In this document: in pieces, positions 40,641-53,099 of the stretch
How positions within the stretch are numbered: position 1 is the stretch's first letter
How the letters are laid out: every line of letters begins with the position of its first letter
The notes under the pieces: model-generated
Databases searched by the model: none
Told to the model about the DNA's origin: nothing
Seen by the model: the letters and a program-made list of their open reading frames with translations, nothing else
Assembly: GCA_015680685.1 (NCBI GenBank)
Contig: MNCI01003374.1
Location: 62,001 to 126,000, forward strand
Length of the DNA stretch: 64,000 nt
Direction: 5' to 3'
Source of the DNA: Gnetum montanum
Lineage: Eukaryota > Plantae > Gnetophyta
Made by a program: the position numbers and the translations under genes

Positions 40641-41459
40641 AGCAAAAATTGTTTTTGTACTTCTTCAAATTTTTTCCAGGGTTAATCTGTTAACCAAGTG
40701 CCCTACGTGGCACATTCATGAAGGACACTGTGCTGAATTATAGTACGAAAAAGTAGTTGAATTTTCCAAGATAATTGTTTCTTTTTTGCATTTTCTTGTT
40801 GGTACAATTAAATCTTTCATGTGCAATTCGTTGAACAATGCATTTATCCCATTCATAGTTACTGGAACATCCCAGGCCCAAGTATATGTAAGAAGTGACT
40901 ATGTTGACCTGCTCGTTTCCTTTCCAAGAGTAGAATCATAATTGTGTATGGCATACACCATAATTTTGGTTTTCTAATTATCGACTCATTAAAAATTATT
41001 CAAAATATTAAGCATGTGTTGCAATCCGTAATTTGACTTTGAATTTAAAGCTACATCTTCTGCAAAGACTATAAGGTTGATAGAAGAGTTTCCTACTAAA
41101 ATAGAAGAGTTAGAAGAAATTTATGCATTGAGTTTCTAATTCATCAATAAAATTCCAAAAAGTATAGGTTCATGTTGTCAAGCTTTTCATACACAAGCCA
41201 CTCATCCTGCAATGGCATCATATGAGAACTCTTATGACAGGAATCACTACGAATAACTAAGAATCCTCCATGGTTGGATCGCCAAAAGCAGTTGTTCCAG
41301 TTGATGCTTTCAAATTGTTATGAATTACAGTTAACTATAAAAATAAATTTAATTGTTGTATTCTTTATAGCAAGCATGCATTCTAGAATCATAGCCTTAT
41401 ATGGAATATGTTAGTTGTTCATTTAGTTAAAATTTAGTCCCCAACTGTTCATGTTGCAG

Positions 41460-41578
41460 TTATCGCATTCATATTGTAGATATGGACCCATCATCAATGA
41501 CAGCTGGGGGATGGTTGGAAGATACATCATTGGTAGAGAAGTATCGGATTTCAGATGATGCATATGAAAAGCGTGATG
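41460..41578 (+). CDS. TBCB: Tubulin-folding cofactor B, exon 3 (later CAP-Gly exons not found in window)
   Basis: cag|(G)YRIHIVDMDPSSMTAGGWLEDTSLVEKYRISDDAYEKRD|gtaac; contains the diagnostic GGWLEDTSLVEKY. Confidence 0.97.
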
Positions 41579-42206
41579 GTAACTAAACAGCATTTTATCC
41601 TATTATTTGTAGCTATATCCCGGATGAGAATTCATACTTTTCAAGTTGTAGATACATCCGTATGTGCCATAACACATTTTTTATGAAGATGAATATGATT
41701 GTGATTTTTCCGAGAGTCTTGAACAGTACTTTTACCAAAATCAGGTTCTCATTAATGTTGAAATATACAGTGCAAAATTGCATGAACATTACATAACGTA
41801 CGTACTTGAAATATACAGGGAACAATTGCACAGGAAAACATGCAGGTTTTACCAAAATATTACATAAAGGATGTATCTTAAATATGTAATGTATGTCTAA
41901 ACATAAACTGAAGTTAGAGATGTCCCATTAAATTTTCACTGGGATTCCCAATCGAATCTGACATCGCAGAAGACAATGTCTAGCTGAATTCTACAAGACG
42001 CAAGTAACTCTTATTATTACTGAAGAACCATAATGCACACATTTAATAGATTGTTAGATAAGTCTGGAAAGGTAAAATTATTGTTATAATTGAAATTTAA
42101 GAGATATAATGGTAAGCTCTTGGATGACTATGCAATGATAAGAGAGCTTTTGAGTATACTTAGTGGTAGCATGATATATGAAAATAGCGCATAGTAGTAT
42201 CCACAT

Positions 42207-42255
42207 CATCATTATTGTCTTTGTAACCTTATCCCAACTACATGGGGTCGGCTAC
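42207..42255 (-). mobile_element. About 50-bp 3' stub of a plant RTE-type LINE (or its SINE partner)
   Basis: Reverse complement gtagccgaccccatgtagttgggataagg plus a microsatellite tail; 12-bp TSD ta(g/a)tatccacat at 42195-42206 and 42256-42267. Confidence 0.75.
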
Positions 42256-44524
42256 TAATATCCACATAAATAATAATAACATTATTATGATTATGATGGT
42301 TATTATTATTTAGTCATGGATATCAGTAATTTTGTAGGTGTTTAATATTTAGATATCTGACAGTATTCTCATTTGCAATCCATTGTAACCATCACTAGCT
42401 ATTGTACAGGGAATAGGGTTGTAAACTTATTTTATGTACAGAACATTGAATTATGTATGTTATATATTGTCATCTCATTCTTTGTAAAACTTTTTAGTTG
42501 TGCTGTAACTTTGAAAAAGGGGTTGATTTCAATGATGAAAATCATGAAAATGGGGCAGAGGGTGCTGGTAAATCTAGGCTGTTAATCAAGATGGGCCAAA
42601 ATTAACATCTAAGTCATCATCTTTACACACTACCTTTATGGTTCAAGAGGGGGCATGACATGTTTCAAAAAAATATGTACCAGTTTGAAAGCTTTCTGAA
42701 CAATCTGTTATCAATATTGGTGTTGTTCTACGGCTACATTCCATTTTTGGAATGAACCCTCGTTATGTAAGCCCAGGCTTGGGCTTCACGATGTACTTTT
42801 GGACCACATATAAGCGTTGCTAGGTTCATGAACCATTTGGCTGGGGTTTCTGTAAGCTTTTCTAAAGGTAAACATGAGCACATTTGTTTTGTTTACATCT
42901 TGCTGTTTTTCTGTTCCTTTATGTACATCTTCTTTTATATTTTTAAAAAGGTTTGGACTTGAAACCTTTATATGTTGTAATACAACTACTTGCACCGCAC
43001 TTGGGAACTGGACGTTTCATGTTACAAGTCACCATTGTTTCAGACTATATGTTACTTCTATGTGAACTAATCTTCGTCTCATTATTGGAATTGATCTTTT
43101 ACATATAAGCGTTGCTAAGGCCTTGAACCCTTTTGGTTTTTGTTTTCGAAATAAATTTTAAGAAATGGTTGGGATTCTATTAACAAATGAAGAGTACAAG
43201 TGTGCAAAAAATAGGAGTGAGCGCAGAGCTCACACCAGAAGAGAAAACAGGAACAATGATGAAAACTGCCCCACTACATACTGCCAAACCTGAAAACAAA
43301 AATGACAAGAGTTTTATCATGGGGTAGAGAACACCCCATCTGTCTAGGAGCTGATTGAATCAAAAAGTCCTGAGGGACCTCCATATCCCAAGACCTGCTG
43401 ACAAAGTCCTTTTGACAAACTGACAATATCTAAATGACAGCATTCGCGAGAGGTTAAAAAGTATAGGCACAAACTTTCCTAATCTTCATGTAAAGCAAGT
43501 CTTCCATCTCTTGGTCCGCCTTTGACTTTACAAAGGCATGTGGTTCATTTAGCCTCTAGAATTGGTGTTAGAATATATTCGTAAAGTGTAAAATCATTAG
43601 TTTCTGATTAACAGCTTACAAAAAAAGTAGTTAATGAAAAGAAATGATGGTTCGTAAGAGTTATGTTTGTTCACAAGTGATATAATCCTTGGATTCCACC
43701 ATTCCCATGTCATCATCAAGTTGTATCAAGAACAGCTTACACTCATTGGGAAAGAGAAGGAATGTGAGTCAAAGAACCCAAGAAAAACAAGAAGAGTGAT
43801 TACAAAGATGAAGAAGTGAAAGAAGAAGAAACATTGTAAACCAGAAGTTACACGATAAAGATTTGTAAGCTATCTTATGAAGGAGAAAGCAACATGAGTA
43901 AATTTTAACTTGTGACTTGCAACAACAAGATACAAAAACCCACAAACACCATTTGAAGAAATGAAGATGACAATCACAAAGCAAATACATGAAATCATGT
44001 GTAAGTGCAATTTTACTAGGGCTACAAAGAAGATTCTTTGCATGTGGACTGGGGTACATTGAAATTATTGTTGGAATACAAGGAGCTCAAGACGTATCAT
44101 GAAACATAACTTGCATGGTTTTTCATTATGGGCTGAGGTGGTCTAGGTGCTCTAACTGGAAAGGAATGTCTAAATCTTTCAATACGTTCAATGAATTTGC
44201 CCCATCAAATCATGTTCAGGGTCATGGCACAACATTAGATGTGGGAGGATTGTCATTGCACTTGCATGGTGGGTGTCAAAGTGAGAGAGTACTAACAACA
44301 TGAGTTGATAAGTCATGGGGAGCTCCCCTCCTTTATTGCCTATGAGAAGCTGGTTGTAGTGGTTGGGTGCAATATTTCAAAATTTTGCAGCCCTGTCTAG
44401 CACATTAGGAGGCATAGGTTCTTGTGACTTGGATGGATGATAGTTTTCTAGTCAATGGGACCCAAAATCAGGGTTTTCCTTGATGTGGCTGCTGCTGCCA
44501 TTGGTTTCCCACTTTGTGGGGTGC

Positions 44525-44770
44525 CGGTCACTCATGAGCTTTTTCTAGCATTTTTACATTGTTCAACACTCCTTGTGTGGTGACCCTATGCCTTCAAAGT
44601 GTCATGGTACATACTATTGTGATGGATTGTTGCCCATCTAGGCTAAGCTTATGTGCTAGATTATCAAGTACTTCACCTTACACGCGAAAGTTTCCTCTTT
44701 AACTAGTTTTCATTTTATACTCCTTTGCTATTTTCAACCTTGTGAGCCCTTTGATGTCATCAATTTGCTT
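44525..44770 (-). pseudogene. Decayed Myb/SANT-like (trihelix) domain
   Basis: RWATIHHNSMYHDTLKA*GHHTRSVEQCKNA, then after a frameshift KKLMSD. Confidence 0.5.
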
Positions 44771-45536
44771 GATTGGCTTTCCTTGAAACTCTCATCCAAG
44801 CTCTGGGTGGTGGTGCACACATGTATTCCCAAGATTCTCCACTTTTGTCTCTCTGTGTGCCTCATTGATTTTGATCATGGTTTGCTGCTTCCCCTTCTTC
44901 ATCCATCATTGGTACTTCTAACTTTAGCTTTGGCAACCCCTTCTTCTTACTTGGCTCTTGGTGGCCCTAGTCGGTTGCCCTTTGTGGTTTTGGTGGGGAA
45001 TTGAGGCACTTTCCCTCAACAAGCGTCCTCATTGCCCATTGCTAACAAGTTTTTAAAAGAACTCTAGGCGTTGGACTTTGCTTCCACTAACTTGGATGAT
45101 AGCTTAGATGTTGAAGTGATCATCACTCCTGGGGCTGGGAAGTAGTTGTTGGCTTCATAGTTTGCCCCTACACGCTGGTCCAAATGGCTTGTAGGCATCA
45201 CTCCTATCGACCTTACTTGGTTTCCCCTAGCCCCTTTATGGTGGTCACATGGTTGCCCTAATAGTTCCACCTGTTCTTCGATGGCATTGGTTCCCTTAGA
45301 GACTATTCCTAATCTTGGTTTGGTGGTGTTTGTGTGGACTCCACTTTCTTCTTTAGCATTGGAAAGGTCATTGCTTGTGAACTCAACCGTGTTTGGTGGG
45401 TTGCCCTTTGATGCTTGCAGGCTCAGCACTTGGCTTCCCTTTTTTGTTTGGGAAAATTTTCCCATTAAGGCATTGATGGAGGAACTCTATCCTTTGGTTT
45501 GGGAGTAGTTTGCTCAACTAGTGCTCTAGGCCTTTN

Positions 45537-46155
45537 CAGGTCCAACAAGGACATGAATTATGGTAGCCCACCATTGATGGGATTGATCAACACAGTAAAG
45601 CAAAAATTCAACTAAAGGTGTTGTAGATAGAGAAAATGACTAAATATATGGAGTTTTCCAATCTCTGGTATGCAAACCTAGCTATGTTGACTACTGGACG
45701 ACCATGGTCAGAACTAGAAAAGTAAGTGGCCAGCTTGTACTTGTTGTATGAGGTCGAGTTCAAGCACCATCAGTACACCATGAAAAAGCTTGTAGAGGAA
45801 AATGCTAAAATCAAGGTTCTTAAGGGCAAATATACTAATCAGAGATCCATTACCGAGAGCCTAGCCAAAAGAATGAATGACTATTAGGAGTTACAAAATG
45901 CAATCAAGGCGTTTGATGTCAAACACAAACAATTCACTGCCTAGTTTGTCAACATCAAAGAGTTATTCCTAATAATGCCTTGTTTATGGGATATCCCCAT
46001 TCTAGCCCACATTGGTGATGCCACGTTGATGAGCAATCGAGGTACTCCTACACCCAACCATATGATTCATAAAGCATTCATGCAAAATTCGGTCAAATTT
46101 CATGGACTTTATGTCTTCAAGTACACTAGTCTTCTAGGAAGTGAACTTTACCCTA
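45537..46155. mobile_element. Athila extra-ORF and LTR fragments between single-N joins
   Basis: 45560-46020 matches A 28990-29440; 46028-46155 matches the Athila LTR end in reverse. Confidence 0.75.
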
Positions 46156-46881
46156 NCTTGGCCAATTACCAACATAAAATTGAAGGCTAAATAATTGTCA
46201 TGGCAAGAACTATTTGAGATTTACTTTGACTTTTTTCTTTCAACATGAAAATCAAGTCTCAATGAATGAACTCTTGGATTTTATTAATTTGAAAAAGAAA
46301 AAAATTTTCTTGGTAGGATAGAGCAAGCATGGTAGGATAGAATAGTGGAATTAGTGTGTAGGCAAGGCAGGGTTTATTAGAAGGGGCAAGATCTTAGAAG
46401 TAGCACACAATAATTAAATTTGGATTCTAGAAGAAGGCTTCTANACGAATACATGTTCACACTCAAAGTGGTCATACTTATGTGTTTAATCTATTTAGCT
46501 TAATTAATTAACTAATCACTTGAATTTTAATTTAGTTTAATTATGCTCAACTACTCCATTTAGTTTCCATCTATCTAGTCCTTTGGTTTGGGAGTAGTTT
46601 GCTCAACTAGTGCTCTAGGCCTTTGTGTGGGTGTTCCCTTTGTACTCACTAATGCCCACAGCCATGATAGCCACTGCACCCTTTGCTCTACTTGCTGGTG
46701 CTCCAAACCTGGATTTGTGTGTGACACTTAACTTTGATTGCCTTGGTCAAAGTACTAGCAGGATCTTTAGTTTGACTAGCCCACTAACATGCAATGAAGT
46801 TTTCCAACAGTCAAGCAAAAGATCTCCAACAGTAATGCACCTTGCATTTCCTTTAATTTTGGTCAAAAGGCCAACTATTAG

Positions 46882-47155
46882 TTGGCTGGACTTTGTCACG
46901 GAAAATAAATAATTATTATCATAACATTGGGCCAGGAGATGAACTTTTCTATTAGAATTATTATGGTTATGTATTGGTTGGACTTTGTCCTGGAAAATAA
47001 ATAACTATCATTATGACATTGGGCAAAGAGATGAAAACTTTCATGGGAATTATTATGAGTATGTATTATTTGAACTTTGTCATGAATAATTATCATCATA
47101 ATGTTGGGCCAAGAGATGAACTTTTTCACTAGAATTATTATGTATATGTAATGGC
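46882..47155. repeat. Tandem repeat, about 90-bp unit, 3 copies
   Basis: Recurrent gactttgtc...aataa...cattgggcc..gagatgaactttt...gaattattatg. Confidence 0.85.
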
Positions 47156-48199
47156 TTGGCCAATTACCAACATAAAATTGAAGGCTAAATAATTGTCATG
47201 GCAAGAACTATTTGAGATTTACTTTGACTTTTTTCTTTCAACATGAAAATCAAGTCTCAATGAATGAACTCTTGGATTTTATTAATTTGAAAAAGAAAAA
47301 AATTTTCTTGGTAGGATAGAGCAAGCATGGTAGGATAGAATAGTGGAATTAGTGTGTAGGCAAGGCAGGGTTTATTAGAAGGGGCAAGATCTTAGAAGTA
47401 GCACACAATAATTAAATTTGGATTCTAGAAGAAGGCTTCTAGTCATCAAATCTATGCAAGAATGCAAACAACTACTTCAATTTCAAGACTTTGAAATGGG
47501 ATTTGGACAACAAAACCCTGAAATGATATAAGTTTTGAAAGCGAAATATGAAAGGAAAGTATTGAAGGCTACGATGTATGAGGAAATGATGGAAAAAATG
47601 AAGATTTGCCATTGAGTGTGGGGGAGATGTGTCAGAAGATCATTGCTTTGTAAACCAAGTTTGCTTCTCGGAAAGTTGGGACCAAAGTAAATTAAAATGA
47701 TGATCAGCTAAAAAAAATTATTGAAGAAAAAAATTGCATGAAAACAAAAATTGCTACATTGGAGACTATTATTGAAGTGGACCTAACAACGAACTGGCTT
47801 GATGCTTGTTGTACATGTTTAGCTCATTTGAGCTCAGTTCTATATTGTATGAACTCTAATGTGGTAGTCACATCGAACTTAGATTTCTGTGCTATGCACA
47901 TGGAGAATTCACATGATCTTGCTTTAGTTAACTTGCTGTGACATGGAATGTTTCAGACCACAAAATTTCAACAATTCAATGAAGTCAAAGAAAAATAGTT
48001 TATATGGTTAAGAGCACTAGTGGCGAGTAAATGCACCCCCATGAGCTATTGGGTGAACTTTGAAAATCTGTATGGCAAACTCATCATACTAGCTCATGTG
48101 GTAATTGAGAGCAAGTGAACTCTTCATGTGCGGGGGACATGAGAAAATTGGTGAAGAAGCTCACATGGATTTGGTGATATGCGGACTTTTTAATGAAGA

Positions 48200-51100
48200 A
48201 AAAGACAGAAATGAAAAAGCTTGTAACCTTTGTTTTGTTGGGATAGAAGAAAAAGAAAATGAAAACCTACTTTAAGAAATGATAACTGTGATAAATGATA
48301 TTATGCATATTGAGCTGCCTAAAATAAAGGATGCACTTTATTTTGGGCCTAACAATGATAAACTTAGGCACATTGTTGTGAAATTTCATGATACAGATGA
48401 TAGATCCAAAGTTTGGAAACATCATAGTTAGTTAAAGGATTATAAAATTTGGATTAATGCAGATCTCACCAAAAGGGAACTATGGAGAAAGTGAAAGAAG
48501 CAAGAGTAGAAGGTTTTGTAGCATTTTTAGACGTAAGAGGTAATGCAATAATTACCAAAATTAAATAGTCAAAAAACTCTACAAAGAAGATATAAAATAT
48601 CTTCATTGTGGATTTTTAAACATTGATGAATCAATAATGGATAAAGTGAAGGTGTTATATAATATACTGTTCTTTAATAAATTTAACATTATTGGTATCT
48701 TTGAAACATAGGAAATTGAAGACTCTCTAGAAATTCTTGTTCCAAATTTTTATATTTTATCTTTTCTTTACAAAAGAAATGTAGATCATGGAAGACCTTT
48801 TGGAGGTTTGGCTATTTTAATTTGAAATTCTCTTCATAAGCAAGCCCAAATAGAAAATGCAGATAAATATATTCAGTATGTTTGGCTAAAATATGACAAC
48901 AAAAATCTTTTTTCTTTTTAGCTTTTTGCTACTTTGCACATAGAAAAGCTACTATCTATGAACAAGAATGCTTATCACGGAATTTTCCCTTTCAATCCCT
49001 TAGCATGGATATTACTGCTTTTGCTCAAAGAGGAAAAATTTACATATGTAGTGACTTTAATGCTAGAATTAGTTCTGAGTAGATCCTTATTAATTACTAG
49101 AATCCTCAAGGCTTTTTAAAATATGAAAACAGGGTAGAATAGAATCAATGCTCTGAAGATAAACACTTTAATTGGAAGAGAACATGTGTTAAAATGGGGA
49201 CAATGGCTATATCTATTGATTCTAAATGACATCAATAAATATTCAAAATCACGTGGCTTTACTTTTGCAGGGCCACAAGGTAGCTCCAGTATTGATTTTG
49301 TTCTTTCTAGCCTTGACAATGTTATCAACATCAAATGTTTTGAAGTAAATTAAAAAATAATTGAATCTTACGATCACCCTTTATACTTTATGTTATTAAT
49401 AGATATGCAACATATTAGATGTTTAGGAGGCAAAAGCATTTCAGAATAATTGCAAAAATGAGGAGGATTTCCAAAATAAAATCTAAAAGATTTGGAATCC
49501 AAGTGTGAGTCTTATAAAAACTCTAATTATAGCTATCCTAAATATTTATAAAGGTCAAAATATAAACAATCAACAATGGTTTGATGAAAAATGGAAGACA
49601 ACTAGAATTTTATTGAAGACCTATAAGTCACTAGAGACTACAAGTCATATAAAAATTCGATTTAAACTAAGAAGAGGGAATTTGTTGGATAGAGACATAA
49701 TATTTTATTAGAAATGATAAAGAAAGATCCTAACTATTTTTGTCATTTATTTTAAAGCAAACGAAGAACAAACTATGCTATCTTGCTCAAAGATATTGAA
49801 ATTTTTTATCAAGCTTTGTTTCATAGCAATGATAAAATAGAAGATTTTCAGAACAATGGTAATTGTTCATTTCTTTTGATGACATAATGCAGGGTATAAA
49901 AAAATTGATACCAAGAACAATTGCTAATATAAATAATTTAGATGAAGAAATGCTTAAATGGGCAAAGCTACTAGTATGGAATACTATCTGGAAGAAGTTA
50001 AATTTGCTTGTGCAAGTAGGGTTAGAAAAGGAATGGTGCATCAATGAAGCAGTTATGTTTTTTGAAAGGAGACAAAAAGATTTAAATATTTATAGCTTGA
50101 TTGTAATTAACAATATCTTTGCTAAGCTTTTGGGTACTATTCTAGAATCTATGCTTGGAAGATGGCCTGAAGAAAATCAAACGCATGCAATTTCCTGGCC
50201 AGGATTTAGGCAACATCATTCTACTATAAATTATCTTACCACTTGAAAATATCTTATGATAGATCAAAAGGTCCACACAAGAAAACTTTTATCTGCTTTG
50301 TAGATTTTTCTAAGGCCTATGATTCTATCATTTGAAGCAAGTTATGGAGGTGCTTGAAAAATTTAGAAGTTGCCAACATTGTTATCAGCTATCCAAAAAC
50401 TTTACAAAGAGGAATGCATTCAGTTTACAAATGGGTAAGAAAGAGTTTTATTTAATAGTTTTGTTGGTGTTAAACAGGATGTCCTCTTTCTCCTACTGAT
50501 TTGAGCTTTTTATTGAAAAATTTGAAGAGTGGACACATAAAATGCTAACTCCTTTTGCAATTTCAATTGGAAGCGGTCTTGTCACATTCTTTCTCTATGC
50601 TAATAGTGTTGCCTTAATTTCAAGTTCAATGAAAGGACTGCAACAAATGCCTAATCCTCTTAATGACTTTTGCTGACATTTAGGAATGAAAGTTAATGTC
50701 TAAAAAATAGAAATTGTGGTTTGTGGTATTCAAAATAAGCTGTACAATTTTACTATAGGACATGAATACGTGAACAAAAATTTTTCTTACAAATATCTTG
50801 GCCTAGAATGCTCTTGCAATCACAAATGGGATTAGTCCGTTATTCAAAGAGTTAGAAGTGGTACAGAATCCTTATTTTCTTTAAAAAGCAAATATAAGAA
50901 GGAATCTATTTCAGCTTGGGATATCCGAAAATAACTTTATCATGCCATTGGGTAACCTACTATTCTCTGTGGATGTGTTGTATTGTATGGGGTCCTACTA
51001 TATCAAATAAGTATTGGAAACAAATAGAACAAATATAAAACCTTTTATTACTCAATGAATTTAAAGTGAAAATATAGACACAATGCGATATTATGCTTTT

Positions 51101-51840
51101 TGAAGTAGAGAACATGCCATGAGAGGTTAAAGCTATTTGTTAGGTTATAGCCTACACATAATCTTTTTGCATCTTAATTGAACAGATATCCCAAAAAAGT
51201 GATGACAGAAGCCCATGATAAAAAATGGCTTCATGAGGGAGTTTTGTAGCTTAATAGATGGAATATTTAAGAGTACATTCTTTATTTTGATCCTAACCAA
51301 GTTCACAACTTGGTTAAAAAAGTAGTATATCAAAAACTTTGGGAAAATTTAGAAGGCAAAAAATAGTTCTATTTAAATAATATCAAGGGAGGCCTTAATT
51401 CAAGGGTAAACTATGTATCTTCTATTATTTCTCGTCAATTATGATGCACAATTAGTAGAGCATGAATGGGATCTCATCATCGGAGAGTTGAAACAAGTAG
51501 ATGACACAAAATTCCTTGTGAAGAATGAATATACCGATTGTGCATTATAAATAGCATTGATGATGAATACCAAATTTTTCTGCCATGCATGCCAATTGTG
51601 CATTACAAATAACATTGAAGATGAATACCATATTTTCTTGCAATGTTATGCATTGGAGCACATTAGACATATATGGAATATTATAGTTGCAAATTTGGAT
51701 GACTTGTTCCAAATGTTACAAAGAATACTTGGTAATTTTCTTAATGATGTTTTCAAAACTCATAGCATGTATATTTCTATTGTTCAATATATTTAGAGGC
51801 TCTATGGATGTAATAAAATCTTAGTTTCAATTTCATTTTT
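48200..51840 (+). mobile_element. Decayed near-full-length RTE/RTEX-like LINE (ORF1 remnant, APE endonuclease, RT, C-terminal Cys/His motif)
   Basis: ORF1-like HIVVKFHD...KIWINADLT; EN GIFET*, GRPFGGLAIL, SDFNAR, SSIDFVL; RT GFRQHHST, VDFSKAYDS, GVKQGCPLSP, LYANSVAL; C-terminal SHHRRVETSR...CQLCITNNIEDEYHIFLQC. Clade assignment is tentative. Confidence 0.8.
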
Positions 51841-52416
51841 AATTTAATGCTAAGCTAGTAACAACCATTTACTCAGGTTTAATAATGTTTGTGTAGGGGT
51901 CCTTAGGAGTTGTGGCTTCTATGTGTATGTTTTGTATAGTCACTGCCTTGTTTTGTTTTGTGTTTGTTTTGGAGGCCTTCATGGCTCCCTAGTATATGGG
52001 TTCGTCTTTGTTTGGCATAGAATTGTTTCCGTATGGGTTAATGTTGGTGTTTGCTCCATTACTTAGGCATTTTTTCTCTTGGTAGCATGATGTACTATGT
52101 TGTGCTCTGTTGAATATTTCTAGTTTCTTAATTTTTTTTTCGAGAAAGAGGTTGGGATTATATTAAAGGAGCAAAAGTATGTTACAAAGATTACATGCGA
52201 TTACAAGCGGTGGGCCTCATGGAGAGGTCCAACCGAGAGGGGAGGGCCCCCGAACCACAGAAACCGCGAGCGAGANNNNNNNNNNNNNNNNNNNNNNNNN
52301 NNNNNNNNNNNNNNNNNNNNNNNNNNNNNNNNNNNNNNNNNNNNNNNNNNNNNNNNNNNNNNNNNNNNNNNNNNNNNNNNNNNNNNNNNNNNNNNNNNNN
52401 NNNNNNNNNNNNNNNN

Positions 52417-52950
52417 TTCCTGCGAAAACCCGGCATCAGGGTGGTACCGCGCAGAGGTCCGGTGGATGTGCCGCCTGAGCTCTGCCCAGGAGCTCTCGCA
52501 GCTAATGCCCAGAACAAAGTATGGGCATCGCCCCTCCCGTAGCCATTGCCGGGCATTATGCCCGTGGGTGCGGTCAAGCTGTTTCTGCTGCTGGGCCTCC
52601 TCCGCCTGGAGCCGCTCCTGCTCCGCCCGTTCCTCCAGCTCGTGCTGTCTCTGGGCCTTCACCTCTTGCGTTAGTTCCTCCCGAACCTGGGCCCTGATTT
52701 CGTCGATGAGGCGGGCCCGGGCAGCCTCAGCAAGGAGCTCCTGTTGCCTGACCCGCTCCTGCTCGCGCTCGGTGACTTGGGCCTCAAAGTTGGCCCGGGC
52801 CTGCGCGATGGCCTCGTTCCACTTGGCCTCCCACTCTTCCCGCACCTCGTCCGCCGCTCATTGCGTAGCCTGCTGACGCTCCTCCTCCCAGTTCCTCCGG
52901 TCAGATGTCTCCGGCGGGGGGAAAACGAGCGCTCGGGGGAGCGCCGTGTC
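52417..52950 (-). CDS. LINE-J1 extension: E/Q/R-rich coiled coil followed by a DnaJ-type J-domain (HPD at 52435-52443)
   Basis: CPYFVLGISCESSWAELRRHIHRTSARYHPD aligns without gaps to J-domain helices I-II and HPD. The remainder falls in the N gap 52276-52416. One in-frame TGA at about 52860. Confidence 0.75.
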
Positions 52951-53099
52951 CATGTGGTCTTCTGCCCCCACGGAACCTGGGAACCCCAGCTGGGCCAATT
53001 ACTCCCCAATCCAGGCACCGCCTCAGCCAGCGGCCTAGCCAAGGGGGAGCACCACGAGCTGCCCCCCCACAGGGGGGGGGGGGGGGGGGGGGCAGCCCC

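Noticed and set aside
46157-47442. Apparently identical ~287-bp direct repeat (46157-46443 and 47156-47442) and ~45-bp repeat (45490-45535 and 46579-46624)
   Set aside because: The copies abut single-N contig joins and show no visible divergence amid old DNA; most likely a scaffolding or gap-filling artefact.
47950-48000. Candidate TBCB exon 4 after tttcag
   Set aside because: The required phase hits TGA within 8 codons and shows no TFCB similarity.
52417-52530. J-domain as an exon of TBCB or of a host DnaJ gene
   Set aside because: It is antisense to TBCB in J1, lies inside the LINE before the poly(A), occupies the same position in J2, and TBCB has no J-domain.
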